A stretch of DNA of 64,000 nucleotides from Deltaproteobacteria bacterium (GTDB lineage: Bacteria; Desulfobacterota; Deferrimicrobia; Deferrimicrobiales; Deferrimicrobiaceae), in the NCBI GenBank assembly GCA_032125195.1, contig JAQBCN010000064.1:13501-77500 (forward strand), in the 5' to 3' direction. The notes under the pieces are model-generated. The model saw only the letters and a list, made by a program, of their open reading frames with translations, did not search any database and had not been told where the DNA came from. Below are positions 33,011 to 43,277 of this stretch, piece by piece. Position 1 is the stretch's first letter, and the number at the start of each line of letters is the position of its first letter. The translations under genes were made by a program, and so were the position numbers.

Positions 33011-33036
33011 GTGGGTAATTGTGGGGAAAGGTGGGT
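33011..33036 (+). promoter_or_regulatory. Candidate MraZ operator: three direct repeats with 10-bp spacing
   Basis: GTGGGT-aatt-GTGGGG-aaag-GTGGGT lies between the -10 element and the mraZ start. MraZ is known to bind triple GTGGG-type direct repeats in its own promoter. Confidence 0.6.
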
Positions 33037-33047
33037 AGCGGGCCACC

Positions 33048-33500
33048 ATGATCTTCCGGGGACGCTTCGAATATACCATTGATCCAAAAGGCCGGGTCAA
33101 CATCCCTGCGCCCTTCCGCGATCGCCTCCAGGAATCCGCCCAGGGATCGTTTTTCCTCACCAACTTCTCGGACTGCCTCTACGCCTTTGCAGCCGACGAC
33201 TGGGCACGGATCGAGGAGCGGCTTTCCCGTGTTCCCAGCACCGACCGGAAGATGAACGCCTTTGTCCGGTTTTTCCTCGGAGGCGCCGTCGAGGTCGTCC
33301 CCGACAAGCAGGGGAGGGTTCTCGTCCCCCCCTCCCTTCGTTCCTACGCCGGCCTGGAAAAGGAAGTCGTGATCCTCGGGATGCCGAACCGGTTCGAGAT
33401 CTGGTCGCTCGCCCGGTGGCAGGATGAGATCGGCCGGTTCGAAAAGGAAATGCACGAAGACCCGGGGTTGGCGCGGGAGATCAGCGCCCTCGGGATCTGA
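33048..33500 (+). CDS. mraZ: Transcriptional regulator MraZ
   Basis: 150 aa with two MraZ/SpoVT-AbrB repeats carrying DPKGRV and DKQGRV. Confidence 0.95.
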   Translation: MIFRGRFEYTIDPKGRVNIPAPFRDRLQESAQGSFFLTNFSDCLYAFAADDWARIEERLSRVPSTDRKMNAFVRFFLGGAVEVVPDKQGRVLVPPSLRSYAGLEKEVVILGMPNRFEIWSLARWQDEIGRFEKEMHEDPGLAREISALGI

Positions 33501-34417
33501 TGGTGCCTGGTCACACCCCTGTTCTTTTACATGAGACGTTGGAATGGATGGCCCCCGGGCCCGGCGAGGTCTTCCTCGACGGGACGACCGGAGCCGGCGG
33601 GCACGCGGCGGAGATCGCCGCCAGGATCGGATCCCGGGGTCTTCTGGTCTGCGCCGACGCGGACCCCTCGATGCTCGGGATCGCCGCAACCCGGCTCTCG
33701 GCGTTCCCCTGGGTGCGGCTTGTCCGTGCGGACTTCGCTGAGCTCGACACGTTGCGCGAGGCCGCGGGCGGGAGGACGTTCGACGGCGCACTGCTGGACC
33801 TGGGGATCTCTTCCCTCCAGCTCGACGACCCGTCGCGCGGCTTCTCGTTCCGGGTGGAGGGTCCCCTCGACATGCGGCGGGATCCTGACGGCGGCGGGGC
33901 CACGGCGGCCGAGATTCTCCGGGACACGCGGGAGAAGGATCTCGCGGACCTTTTCTTCCAGTTCGGAGAGGAGCGGTTTTCCCGGCGGATCGCCCGCGCG
34001 GTGGTGGAGCGCAGGAAAAGGGACCCGATCCGGACGACCACCGGGCTCGCGGAGCTGGTTTCCTCGGCGATCCCCCGGAGAGGGTGGCCACGGGACATTC
34101 ACCCGGCTACGAGGGTGTTCCAGGCGCTGCGGATCGCCGTGAACCGGGAGCTTACCTCGCTGGGGGAGTTCCTCGACGCGATCCCCAGGCACCTGTCCCG
34201 CGGGGGGCGGGTGGCGGTGATCAGTTTCCACTCGCTGGAGGATCGCATGGTGAAAACGGCGTTCCGGCGGACCGCACCCGGTCCGGGAGATGAAGAACCG
34301 GTGCTTGAACGGTTGACCCGCAAGCCGGTCGTCCCGTCGGAGCAGGAAGCACGGGAAAACCCGAGGGCGCGCAGCGCGAAGCTCCGCGTGGCGCGCCGGC
34401 GCGATGGAGGAGAATGA
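33500..34417 (+). CDS. rsmH: 16S rRNA m4C1402 methyltransferase (MraW)
   Basis: MVPGHTPVLLHETLEWMAP...DGTTGAGGHA, SFHSLEDR. Confidence 0.95.
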   Translation: MVPGHTPVLLHETLEWMAPGPGEVFLDGTTGAGGHAAEIAARIGSRGLLVCADADPSMLGIAATRLSAFPWVRLVRADFAELDTLREAAGGRTFDGALLDLGISSLQLDDPSRGFSFRVEGPLDMRRDPDGGGATAAEILRDTREKDLADLFFQFGEERFSRRIARAVVERRKRDPIRTTTGLAELVSSAIPRRGWPRDIHPATRVFQALRIAVNRELTSLGEFLDAIPRHLSRGGRVAVISFHSLEDRMVKTAFRRTAPGPGDEEPVLERLTRKPVVPSEQEARENPRARSAKLRVARRRDGGE

Positions 34418-34751
34418 CATGAGAAGGATAATTGTTGGTAACGGCGTTTGCATGATCACGGAGATCCGTAAGGAGCCCCCGGCGGTTCCTGCGGTCCCCC
34501 GGAGGCGCGGATTCGTCGCCCTGTTCCTTGTGCTTCTCGTCACCGGCCTGTTCAACGTCTGGTTGTCGGGTCAATGCATACGAACGGGGTACCGGGTATC
34601 CTCCGCACTGGAGGAGAAGCGCACCCTTCAGAAGGAGCAGGAGGTTCTCCGTCTGGAGGTGCTGGCGCTGAAAAGTCCCGCCCGCATCCACGCCATCGCC
34701 CGGAACGACCTGCACATGGTGTCGGCGCAGATGGACCGGGTGATCCGGTGA
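34404..34751 (+). CDS. ftsL: Cell division protein FtsL
   Basis: 115 aa, single TM helix plus coiled coil, in the conserved slot between rsmH and ftsI. Confidence 0.75.
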   Translation: MEENDMRRIIVGNGVCMITEIRKEPPAVPAVPRRRGFVALFLVLLVTGLFNVWLSGQCIRTGYRVSSALEEKRTLQKEQEVLRLEVLALKSPARIHAIARNDLHMVSAQMDRVIR

Positions 34752-34752
34752 G

Positions 34753-36774
34753 ATGACCTCCCGCGCGCGCCTCATCCTCGGTGTACTCCTCTCCCTCTAC
34801 GTCCTCGTCGTATTGCGGGCGTTCCAGATCCAGGTCCTCGGGGTCAGGGAGATCCGTGACCGCGGCGCGAAGCAGTACTGCTCCACCATCCCCCTTCTTC
34901 CCCAGCGCGGTGTGATCCTGGATCGGACGGGAACCGAGCTCGCGGTGAGCATCGCCACGAAATCGATCTTCGTCCAGTCGGCGAAGCTCCGCGATCCGGA
35001 CAAGACCGCCGACCTCCTCGCCCCCCGGGTCTCCCGTCCCGCCAGGGAGCTCCGGAAGCTGTTCGCCCGGGAGAAGGGGTTCGTGTGGGTGCGACGCCAG
35101 ATGCCCTCCACCGCCGCGGAGGAAGCGGTCAGGGAAGTGAAGCGGGCACTCTCCGCGCTCGATCCCGAAGCCCGCGGGAGGCCTTCGGCTGTCGAGGGCA
35201 TCGGGACCGTCGAGGAGCCGAAACGGTTCTACCCGAACCGGGAACTGGCCGCGTCCCTCGTCGGCTTCACCAACGTGGACAGCGAGGGGATGGAGGGAGT
35301 CGAACTCTCCCTGAACAGGTACCTGCGCGGCGAGCGGGGGTCCCTCCTCTGCGAGCGGGACGCCCGGGGCGGCCTCATCGTACCCGCGACGACGCAGGTG
35401 GAGGTGAATTCGAAGGGGCACTCGGTCGCCCTCACGATCGACCGGAACATCCAGCACGTCGCGGAAAGCGAGCTCCAGGCGGCGGTGGAGAAGTACAAAG
35501 CCCGCGGCGGCATGGCCGTGGTGCTCTCGCCCGGAACGGGGGAGATCCTCGCGATGGCAACGGCGCCGTCGTTCAACCCGAACACCCCCGGCCGCGCCCC
35601 CGCGGGGACGCGGAAGAACCGTTCCCTGACCGACAGCTTCGAGCCCGGATCGACCTTCAAGGTGTTCTCCCTTGCCTCGGCCCTCGAGCTGGGGGCGGTG
35701 GCCGCCACGGACCGGTTCTACTGCGAGAAAGGGGCCTACCGCTACGCCGGGAAGGTGATCCACGACACGCATCCGCGCGGGTGGCTCACCGTGCCGGAGG
35801 TGGTGAAGTTTTCCAGCAACATCGGCATCACGAAGATCAACGAGCGGATGGACGGGAACCGGTTCTACGACATGATCCGGGCCTTCGGCTTCGGATCCCG
35901 CACCGGGGTCGAGCTTTTGGGGGAGGTCCAGGGGATCATGCCGTCCCGCCGCGACTTTGAAAGCCGCCTCCGGCGCGCCAACGTCTCCTTCGGGCAGGGG
36001 ATCTCCGTCACGCCGCTGCAGTTGGCCGCCGGGATGGCGGCGGTGGTCAACGGAGGGAAGGTGATGAAACCGTACCTGGTCCGGGAGATCCGGGACCCGG
36101 AGGGGAAGACCGTGTTCCGCGGAGGGCCGCAGGAGCTTCGCCGGGTCCTCTCCCCGAAGACATCGGCACAGATGCGCGAAATCCTCGGGAAGGTGGTCGA
36201 GGAGGACGGGACGGGAATGCAGGCGCGCATCAAGGGGTTCCTCGTCGGCGGGAAAACAGGGACGGCGCAGAAGGTCGAGCCCGGGTCGGGTCAGTACTCC
36301 GCGACGAAGCGAACCGCTTCCTTCATCGGCTTCCTCCCGCTGAACGATCCGAAGTTGCTTATCCTGGTCGTGATCGATGAGCCGCGAGGGCAGGTATACG
36401 GTGGTGTCGTGGCCGCCCCGGCCTTCAACCAGATCGCGGTCAAGACGGCGTACTACCTCGGCATCCAGCCGACGGAGGCGGCTTCGCTTGTCGCCGCCCG
36501 TCCCTCGGGACCGTCGCCGCCGAGCCGTGTGACGCGGGTGTCGACGGTGCGGTCTGCGGGCGCGATGGTCATGCCCGACCTCTCGGGGCTTTCGATGGGC
36601 AGGGTTGTCGACATCATGGGAGGGTACTCGGTCAAACTCACCCTTGCCGGAAGCGGAGTCGCCCGGGCGCAGACGCCGGATCCCGGAGCTGTCCTCGTCC
36701 CCGGGACGGAGTGCTCCGTGACGTTCACGGCGGAGCCGCCGTTGAAGATCGCCTCCGGCAAGGGGACGCGGTGA
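34753..36774 (+). CDS. ftsI: Peptidoglycan D,D-transpeptidase FtsI (PBP3) with a C-terminal PASTA domain
   Basis: 673 aa with an N-terminal TM helix, a PBP dimerisation domain and a transpeptidase domain (STFK, SSN, KTGT). The C-terminal ~65 aa, MPDLSGLSMGRVVDIMGGYSVKLTLAGSGVARAQTPDPGAVLVPGTECSVTF, fit the PASTA pattern. Confidence 0.9.
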   Translation: MTSRARLILGVLLSLYVLVVLRAFQIQVLGVREIRDRGAKQYCSTIPLLPQRGVILDRTGTELAVSIATKSIFVQSAKLRDPDKTADLLAPRVSRPARELRKLFAREKGFVWVRRQMPSTAAEEAVREVKRALSALDPEARGRPSAVEGIGTVEEPKRFYPNRELAASLVGFTNVDSEGMEGVELSLNRYLRGERGSLLCERDARGGLIVPATTQVEVNSKGHSVALTIDRNIQHVAESELQAAVEKYKARGGMAVVLSPGTGEILAMATAPSFNPNTPGRAPAGTRKNRSLTDSFEPGSTFKVFSLASALELGAVAATDRFYCEKGAYRYAGKVIHDTHPRGWLTVPEVVKFSSNIGITKINERMDGNRFYDMIRAFGFGSRTGVELLGEVQGIMPSRRDFESRLRRANVSFGQGISVTPLQLAAGMAAVVNGGKVMKPYLVREIRDPEGKTVFRGGPQELRRVLSPKTSAQMREILGKVVEEDGTGMQARIKGFLVGGKTGTAQKVEPGSGQYSATKRTASFIGFLPLNDPKLLILVVIDEPRGQVYGGVVAAPAFNQIAVKTAYYLGIQPTEAASLVAARPSGPSPPSRVTRVSTVRSAGAMVMPDLSGLSMGRVVDIMGGYSVKLTLAGSGVARAQTPDPGAVLVPGTECSVTFTAEPPLKIASGKGTR

Positions 36775-38270
36775 AACTGGGCGAACTCCTGGCGGGGATC
36801 GTTCCCGTGCCCGCGGGCCCACTGGGGGAGATCGGGATCGGTGGAATCAGCGTCGATTCACGCTCCGTGCGGCCCGGCGACCTGTTCGTTGCCGTTCCCG
36901 GCGCCCGCGCCGACGGCCACGCGTATCTTGCCGAGGCGGCGCGCAACGGCGCGGCGGCGGCCATTGTGGAGCGTGAACTTCCCTCTCCGCCACTCCCGGT
37001 CGTGCGCGTCCCCTCCACGACGGCGGCGCTGCCGGGGGTGGCCGTGGCGTTTTACGGCGATCCGTCCGCGAAGCTGCGCGTGACGGGCGTGACGGGGACC
37101 AACGGGAAGACGACGGTCACCTACCTGATCGAGGCGATCCTGGCGGCGGCCGGCCGCGTTCCCGCGGTGATCGGCACGATCGATTACCGGGTGGCCGGCA
37201 AGATCCTCCGGAAGGGGTTGACCACGCCGTTCCCCCACGAACTCCAGGCGGTGATGGCCGAGGCCGTCGCCCTCGGGGCCACCGACCTGTTGATGGAGGT
37301 GTCTTCCCACAGCGCCGCGCAGGGGAGGATCGAGGGGGTCCGGTTCGACGTGGGGATCTTCACGAACCTCACCAGGGACCACCTCGACTTCCACGGCGAC
37401 ATGGAAACGTACTTCTCCGCCAAGGCGCGACTTTTCCGGGAATACCTCCCCGCCGGTGGAAAGCGGACCGGCATTGCGGTGAACGGAGACGATCCGTACG
37501 GTGAGCGCATTGCGCAGGAGTGTCCCTCCGCGACGACGTTCGGGTTCTCACGCTCCTGGGACATTCACCCCGAGGAGATGGCGATGACGTGGAAAGGGAC
37601 CCGTATGGTTCTCGCCACGCCGGCCGGCTCCCTGGCGCTGCGCTCGCCCTTGATCGGGGCGCACAACGTGGCGAACGTGATGGCGGCCGTCGCGGGAGGT
37701 CTCCTTCTCTCCGTTTCCCCGGCGACGATTGCCGCCGGCATCGCCGCCGCCGGGACGATCCCGGGCCGGCTGGAGCCGATACCGAACGCGCGCGGGATCC
37801 ACGTCTTCGTGGACTACGCCCACAGCCCGGACGGGATGGACCGGGTTCTCTCGACCCTGCGGGGGTTGACGGAGGGACGCCTCGTCACCGTGTTCGGCTG
37901 CGGGGGAAACCGCGACCGCGGAAAGCGCACCGCGATGGGCCGGGTGGCGGCGATGCGGTCCGACATTGTCGTGGTGACTTCCGACAACCCGAGGGACGAG
38001 GACCCGGCATTGATCCTCGCGGAGATCGTCCCCGGGTTGACGTCGGAGGGGCTCATGGAGGCGCATGGACCGGCTGACTGGCGGGAGGGATTCTTCCGTG
38101 TGGAGGCCGACAGGAAAGCGGCGATCGCTCTCGCCCTCTCTCTCGCGGAGCCGGGGGACACTGTGGCGATCGTCGGGAAAGGACACGAGGATGTCCAGAT
38201 CATCGGAGATCGGCGCCTGCCGTTCGACGACCGGCAAGCGGTCCGGGACGTGCTTGCCGCGGGGAGGTAG
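36771..38270 (+). CDS. murE: UDP-MurNAc-L-Ala-D-Glu:meso-DAP ligase
   Basis: GVTGTNGKTT P-loop and the Mur ligase domains. GTGA overlap with the ftsI stop. Confidence 0.93.
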   Translation: MKLGELLAGIVPVPAGPLGEIGIGGISVDSRSVRPGDLFVAVPGARADGHAYLAEAARNGAAAAIVERELPSPPLPVVRVPSTTAALPGVAVAFYGDPSAKLRVTGVTGTNGKTTVTYLIEAILAAAGRVPAVIGTIDYRVAGKILRKGLTTPFPHELQAVMAEAVALGATDLLMEVSSHSAAQGRIEGVRFDVGIFTNLTRDHLDFHGDMETYFSAKARLFREYLPAGGKRTGIAVNGDDPYGERIAQECPSATTFGFSRSWDIHPEEMAMTWKGTRMVLATPAGSLALRSPLIGAHNVANVMAAVAGGLLLSVSPATIAAGIAAAGTIPGRLEPIPNARGIHVFVDYAHSPDGMDRVLSTLRGLTEGRLVTVFGCGGNRDRGKRTAMGRVAAMRSDIVVVTSDNPRDEDPALILAEIVPGLTSEGLMEAHGPADWREGFFRVEADRKAAIALALSLAEPGDTVAIVGKGHEDVQIIGDRRLPFDDRQAVRDVLAAGR

Positions 38271-38271
38271 A

Positions 38272-39669
38272 ATGACGCTCCCCGAAGTGATCGGGGCGAT
38301 CCACCCGTTGCGGGAGGCGGGGGGGATCTCCCCGTCGGAACCGATCGGGGCGGTCACCGCCGACAGCCGGAACATAGGGCCGGGTTCCGTCTTCATCGCC
38401 CTCCCGGGGGTGCGGGCCGACGGCGCGGACTTCGTCGGCGAGGCGTTCGGGAAAGGCGCGCTCGCCGCGATCGTTTCCGAGGCGGGCGCGCGGAAGGTGC
38501 CGGGCGGACTGGCCGGTACGAAGCCGGTCTTCGTCGTCCGGGACCCCGTGGAAGCCCTCGGCGACATGGCGCGGGCCCATCGGCTTCGCCACCGGGACAT
38601 CCCCCTGGTGGGAATCACCGGGAGTTCCGGGAAGACGACAACGAAGGAGATGCTGTTCTGTCTCCTCTCCCGGTCCCGCCGCGTGCTGCGAAATCCCGGA
38701 AACCGGAACAACCTGATCGGGATGCCCCTGGCGCTGCTCGAACTGTCCGGGGAGCACGACGCGGCGATCCTCGAGTTGGGATCCAACGCCCCGGGGGAGA
38801 TCGCCCGGCTGGCCAGCATCGCCTGCCCGGACATCGCGGTGATCACCAACATCGCCCCTGCGCACCTCGAAGGATTCCGCACCATGGAAGGGGTTGCGCG
38901 CGAGAAGGGGGACCTCTTCCGCGCCCTTGACGGCGCCGGCACCGCCGTGGTCAATGCGACGGACCTCCGCGTCGTCCGGGAGGGGGGCCGTTGCCGCGCG
39001 GAAAAGGTCCACTACGGCGTCGCGCTGAACGACTTCTCCGGGCGGATCGTCTCGATGTCCGACGCGGGGATGCGGATTGCCGTTCAAACGCCGGCGGGCG
39101 AGTTCTCTTCCTTCGTCGGGATCGCCGGGGAACACCACCTGATGAACGCCCTCGCGGCGACGGCCGCCGCCTTCACCCTCGGCATGCGCCCCGCCGAGAT
39201 GGAGGAGGGATTTGCGGACTTCGTCTCCGTGCCGGGACGGTTTCACGCCGTACCGCTTCGGGGCGGCGGGCTCCTGCTGGACGACAGCTACAACGCGAAT
39301 CCCGCATCCACCGAGGCCGCGTTGCGCTCCCTCGCGTCGCTGGCCCGGGGCCGGCGCACCATCGTCGTGTTCGGCGACATGCTGGAACTCGGAGAGAACT
39401 CTCCATCCTCGCATTTCCGAATCGGTCATCTGATCGCCGCTCTTTCCGTGGACCGGCTCTTCGCGTTCGGCCCCGACGCGGCCCATGCCGCGCGCGGGGC
39501 GAAGGAGGGCGGGATGAGCGACGACGCGATCGATCACACGACCGACCGCAGGCGGCTCCTGGTCGAGGTGCGCGGATTCGTCCGGGAAGGGGACGTCGTC
39601 CTGGTGAAGGGATCGCGGGGGATGCGCCTCGACGAGGTGGCGTCGGATCTCATGGAGGTCATGGCGTAA
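38272..39669 (+). CDS. murF: UDP-MurNAc-tripeptide:D-Ala-D-Ala ligase
   Basis: [14 protein letters not shown] and the Mur ligase domains. Confidence 0.93.
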   Translation: MTLPEVIGAIHPLREAGGISPSEPIGAVTADSRNIGPGSVFIALPGVRADGADFVGEAFGKGALAAIVSEAGARKVPGGLAGTKPVFVVRDPVEALGDMARAHRLRHRDIPLVGITGSSGKTTTKEMLFCLLSRSRRVLRNPGNRNNLIGMPLALLELSGEHDAAILELGSNAPGEIARLASIACPDIAVITNIAPAHLEGFRTMEGVAREKGDLFRALDGAGTAVVNATDLRVVREGGRCRAEKVHYGVALNDFSGRIVSMSDAGMRIAVQTPAGEFSSFVGIAGEHHLMNALAATAAAFTLGMRPAEMEEGFADFVSVPGRFHAVPLRGGGLLLDDSYNANPASTEAALRSLASLARGRRTIVVFGDMLELGENSPSSHFRIGHLIAALSVDRLFAFGPDAAHAARGAKEGGMSDDAIDHTTDRRRLLVEVRGFVREGDVVLVKGSRGMRLDEVASDLMEVMA

Positions 39670-39673
39670 GAGA

Positions 39674-40750
39674 ATGCTTTATCACCTCCTATTTCCGCTC
39701 CACGAGAGCTTTTCGTTCTTCAACGTGTTCCGCTACATCACGTTCCGGACGATCTACGCCGCGATCACCGCGCTGCTGATCTCCTTTCTCCTCGGCCCCT
39801 GGATGATCCGGGTTCTCCGGACCCACCAGATCGGGCAGACCATCCGGCTGGACGGCCCGGAGAGCCACCTCTCCAAGGAGGGGACGCCGACGATGGGGGG
39901 GCTGCTCATCGTCCTTGCCACGGGCATCCCCACGCTGTTATGGGCGAACCTCGCGAACCACTACATCTGGATCGCCTTGTTCGTGATGCTCGGGTTCGGC
40001 GCGATCGGCTTCGTCGACGACTACCGGAAGGTCATCCGGAAGGACACGAAGGGACTGAGCCCGCGCTGGAAACTGCTCGCCCAGTTCGCTATCGCCGCCG
40101 CCGCTGCCGGGCTCATCTACATCGATATCGGCTTCAAGGACACGGTGATCGTTCCCTTCCTCAAGAACGTCCGCCCCGCCCTCGGGTTTCTCTACATCCC
40201 GTTCACCGTCCTGGTGATCGTGGGGGCCTCCAACGCGGTGAACCTTACCGACGGGCTGGACGGTCTGGCGATCGGTCCCTCCATCATCGCCGCCGGAACG
40301 TACATGCTCTTCGCGTACCTCACCGGAAACGTCAAGATCGCGAACTACCTCCAGATCCAGTACGTCCCGGGCGTCGGGGAGCTGGCGATCTTCTGCGGCG
40401 CCCTCGCGGGGGCGGGGCTCGGGTTCCTCTGGTTCAACGCCTACCCGGCGGAGCTGTTCATGGGGGACACGGGTTCCCTCGCCCTGGGGGGCGCGCTGGG
40501 GGCGGTCGCCGTGATGGTGAAGCAGGAACTCGTCCTCGTGCTGGTGGGGGGGGTCTTCGTGGTGGAGGCCCTCTCGGTGATCTTCCAGGTGACCTCCTAC
40601 AAGACCCGGAAGAAACGGATCTTCCGGATGGCGCCGATCCACCACCACTTCGAGCTGCAGGGGTGGGCCGAGCCGAAGATCATCGTCCGGTTCTGGATCA
40701 TCTCGATCATCCTCGCGCTGCTGGCGATCAGCACGCTGAAGATCCGGTGA
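39674..40750 (+). CDS. mraY: Phospho-N-acetylmuramoyl-pentapeptide transferase
   Basis: 358 aa, [23 protein letters not shown]. Confidence 0.95.
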   Translation: MLYHLLFPLHESFSFFNVFRYITFRTIYAAITALLISFLLGPWMIRVLRTHQIGQTIRLDGPESHLSKEGTPTMGGLLIVLATGIPTLLWANLANHYIWIALFVMLGFGAIGFVDDYRKVIRKDTKGLSPRWKLLAQFAIAAAAAGLIYIDIGFKDTVIVPFLKNVRPALGFLYIPFTVLVIVGASNAVNLTDGLDGLAIGPSIIAAGTYMLFAYLTGNVKIANYLQIQYVPGVGELAIFCGALAGAGLGFLWFNAYPAELFMGDTGSLALGGALGAVAVMVKQELVLVLVGGVFVVEALSVIFQVTSYKTRKKRIFRMAPIHHHFELQGWAEPKIIVRFWIISIILALLAISTLKIR

Positions 40751-40752
40751 CC

Positions 40753-42099
40753 ATGGAAGCCTTCGCGGAGAAACCGGTGATCGTGGCGGGGGCCGGGCGG
40801 TCGGGGCTCCTCGCGGCGCGCCTGCTGGCCGCGGAGGGGGCCCGGGTCACGCTGTGGGACGACCGCCCCCGCGCGGACGTCGAGGCGTCGCTGCGAGAGC
40901 CGATCCCCGGCGGGATCGTCTTCCTGCGCGGGATGCCCGGGGAAGGGGAGGTCCGGGGGAGCGCCTTGGTCGTCGTGTCGCCCGGCGTCCCCCGGGAGAG
41001 GCTGCCCCTTTCGGCCCTCGCCGCGGCGGGTGTTCCGGTGTGGGGGGAACTCGAGCTCGGGTTCAGGAGGTTTCAGGGGAAGGTGGCGGCGATCACGGGA
41101 ACCAACGGGAAGTCGACCGTGACCACCCTCGTCGGAGGGATGGCTTCCGGGGCCTTCGCCAAGGTGTTCGTCGGGGGGAATCTCGGGACGCCGTTCGTCG
41201 CCGCCGCGGGAGCTCCCTGCGACTGGGGCGTGGTGGAAGTCTCCAGTTTCCAGCTCGAGTCGATCGGAAGTTTCCGGCCCCGGGTGGCGGCGCTCCTGAA
41301 CCTCACCGAGGACCATTGCGACCGGTATGCGGCGAAGGAGGACTATTTCGAGGCGAAGATGGCCGTCTTCCGGAACCAGGGTCCCTCCGACACCGCGGTC
41401 GTCAATGCCGACGACCCCGAGGTGACCGCGCGGCTGGGTTCGATCCGGGCGAAACTCCTCCCGTTCTCCGTGTCGCGGATCCTTGAGGAGGGCGCCTTCC
41501 TTTCCGGGGAGGAGATGGTGCTCCGGACGACATCCGGGGAGGAGCGCTATCCCCGGGGGATCCTGAAGATCCCCGGGCTGCAGAACGTGGAGAACGCCCT
41601 CGCGGCGATCGCCGTCGCACGCTCGATGGAGATCCCGCCGCCGGCCGTGCTGGCGGAACTCGCGCGGTTCCCGGGACTGCCGCACCGGGTGGAGTTCGTC
41701 CGATCGGTCGCGGGAGTGTCGTATTACAACGATTCCAAGGGAACGAACGTGGGCGCCGTCCTCGCGGCCCTCGACGGTTTCCCCGAGCCGGTGGTGCTGA
41801 TCGCGGGAGGCAAGGACAAGGGAGTGGACTTCCGTCCCCTGCGGCCCGCCCTCGCCAGAAAAGGCCGGGCCGTCGTGCTTCTCGGTGAGGCCAGGGACAG
41901 GATGGCAAGGGAGCTGGCGGGGGCGGCGCCGATCACCGTGTCCGGCACGCTCGCCCAGGCGGTGCGGGCCGCGGCGGAAGCCGCCCGGGCGGGGGACGCG
42001 GTCGTCTTCTCCCCGGCGTGCTCTAGCTTCGACATGTTCCGGAACTTCGAGGAGCGGGGAGAGGCGTTCCGCAAGGCCGTGGAGGAGTTGCCCGGATGA
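40753..42099 (+). CDS. murD: UDP-MurNAc-L-Ala:D-Glu ligase
   Basis: GAGRSG and ITGTNGKSTV. Confidence 0.93.
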   Translation: MEAFAEKPVIVAGAGRSGLLAARLLAAEGARVTLWDDRPRADVEASLREPIPGGIVFLRGMPGEGEVRGSALVVVSPGVPRERLPLSALAAAGVPVWGELELGFRRFQGKVAAITGTNGKSTVTTLVGGMASGAFAKVFVGGNLGTPFVAAAGAPCDWGVVEVSSFQLESIGSFRPRVAALLNLTEDHCDRYAAKEDYFEAKMAVFRNQGPSDTAVVNADDPEVTARLGSIRAKLLPFSVSRILEEGAFLSGEEMVLRTTSGEERYPRGILKIPGLQNVENALAAIAVARSMEIPPPAVLAELARFPGLPHRVEFVRSVAGVSYYNDSKGTNVGAVLAALDGFPEPVVLIAGGKDKGVDFRPLRPALARKGRAVVLLGEARDRMARELAGAAPITVSGTLAQAVRAAAEAARAGDAVVFSPACSSFDMFRNFEERGEAFRKAVEELPG

Positions 42100-43277
42100 T
42101 CCTCGGGAAACGCCACGACAACCTGATTCTCGCGCTGTGCGTCCTGTCGCTGACGGTTCTCGGCATGATCATGATCTACAGCGCGACGAACGTCATGGCC
42201 GGTTCGTCGGCCCGGTACGGGTTCGACCCGGCGTACTTCTTCAAGCGCCAGGTCCTGTTCCTGGCGATCGGGATCGCGTTCGCCATGGGCCTGTCCCGCC
42301 TCGACCACGACTTCTACCGCCGGCGGATCGGGTGGATCCTCGGGGCGGCCTTCCTGCTTCTGCTCATGGTGAACATCCCCGGTGTCCGCCACTCGGCGAA
42401 CGGCGCTTCCCGCTGGATCAACCTGCGGCTCTTCACCTTCCAGCCCTCCGAGTTCGCGAAGTTCGCCCTGCTCGCCTTCGCCGCGTGGGCCATCGATCGG
42501 AACGGCGAAAAACCGAAGCAGGGGTACCGCGCGTTCCTTCCCATGCTGGCGGTGATGGGGATGTTCGTCGCAGTGATCCTGAAGGAGCCGGACTTCGGAA
42601 TGGCCGTCGTGATTCTCGTGTCCTTCCTCGTGATCGTATTCATCGCCGGGTTCCCCTGGAAACTCCTTGCCGGCTTCGTCGCGGCGGGCGCCGGGGGCAT
42701 CGCTCTCCTCATCCTGGCCAAGCCGTACCGGGTCGCGCGGATCCAGGCGTTCCTCGACCCGATCTCGCATGCCCAGGCGGCCGGGTACCAGGTCGTGCAG
42801 TCCCTTATCGCATTCTCCAACGGGGGTCTCCTCGGGACGGGCGTCGGCGGGGGGAAGCAGAAACTCTTCTACCTGCCGGAGATCCACACCGACTACATCT
42901 TCTCGGTGATCGGGGAGGAGCTCGGGTTCGCCGGCGTGACGCTCGTCGGCGCATGCTTCGTCACAATGGTGTGGGTAGGGTACCGGATCGCGCGCCGGGC
43001 GCGGGACCCGTTCGGCATGTACCTCGCCATGGGGGTTTCCTCCGTGATCGGCATCCAGGCGCTGATGAACATGATGGTGGGTCTTTCGATGCTCCCGCCG
43101 AAGGGGATGGTGCTCCCGTTCCTGAGCTACGGGGGTAGTTCCCTGGTCCTGCACCTGGCGGCGATCGGAGTTCTGATGAACATATCCCTGAAGGGGGCGG
43201 ATGGCATTGCCACTGCGGATGATCGTAGCCGGGGGAGGGACCGGTGGGCACGTCTTTCCGGGGATCGCCCTCGCTGA
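42096..43277 (+). CDS. ftsW: Peptidoglycan glycosyltransferase FtsW (SEDS family)
   Basis: 393 aa polytopic protein, ...QPSEFAKFALL... The Arg-rich C-terminal tail overlaps the murG 5' end. Confidence 0.9.
   Translation: MILGKRHDNLILALCVLSLTVLGMIMIYSATNVMAGSSARYGFDPAYFFKRQVLFLAIGIAFAMGLSRLDHDFYRRRIGWILGAAFLLLLMVNIPGVRHSANGASRWINLRLFTFQPSEFAKFALLAFAAWAIDRNGEKPKQGYRAFLPMLAVMGMFVAVILKEPDFGMAVVILVSFLVIVFIAGFPWKLLAGFVAAGAGGIALLILAKPYRVARIQAFLDPISHAQAAGYQVVQSLIAFSNGGLLGTGVGGGKQKLFYLPEIHTDYIFSVIGEELGFAGVTLVGACFVTMVWVGYRIARRARDPFGMYLAMGVSSVIGIQALMNMMVGLSMLPPKGMVLPFLSYGGSSLVLHLAAIGVLMNISLKGADGIATADDRSRGRDRWARLSGDRPR

Noticed and set aside
34552-36822. 756-aa minus-strand ORF
   Set aside because: It is antisense to ftsI.
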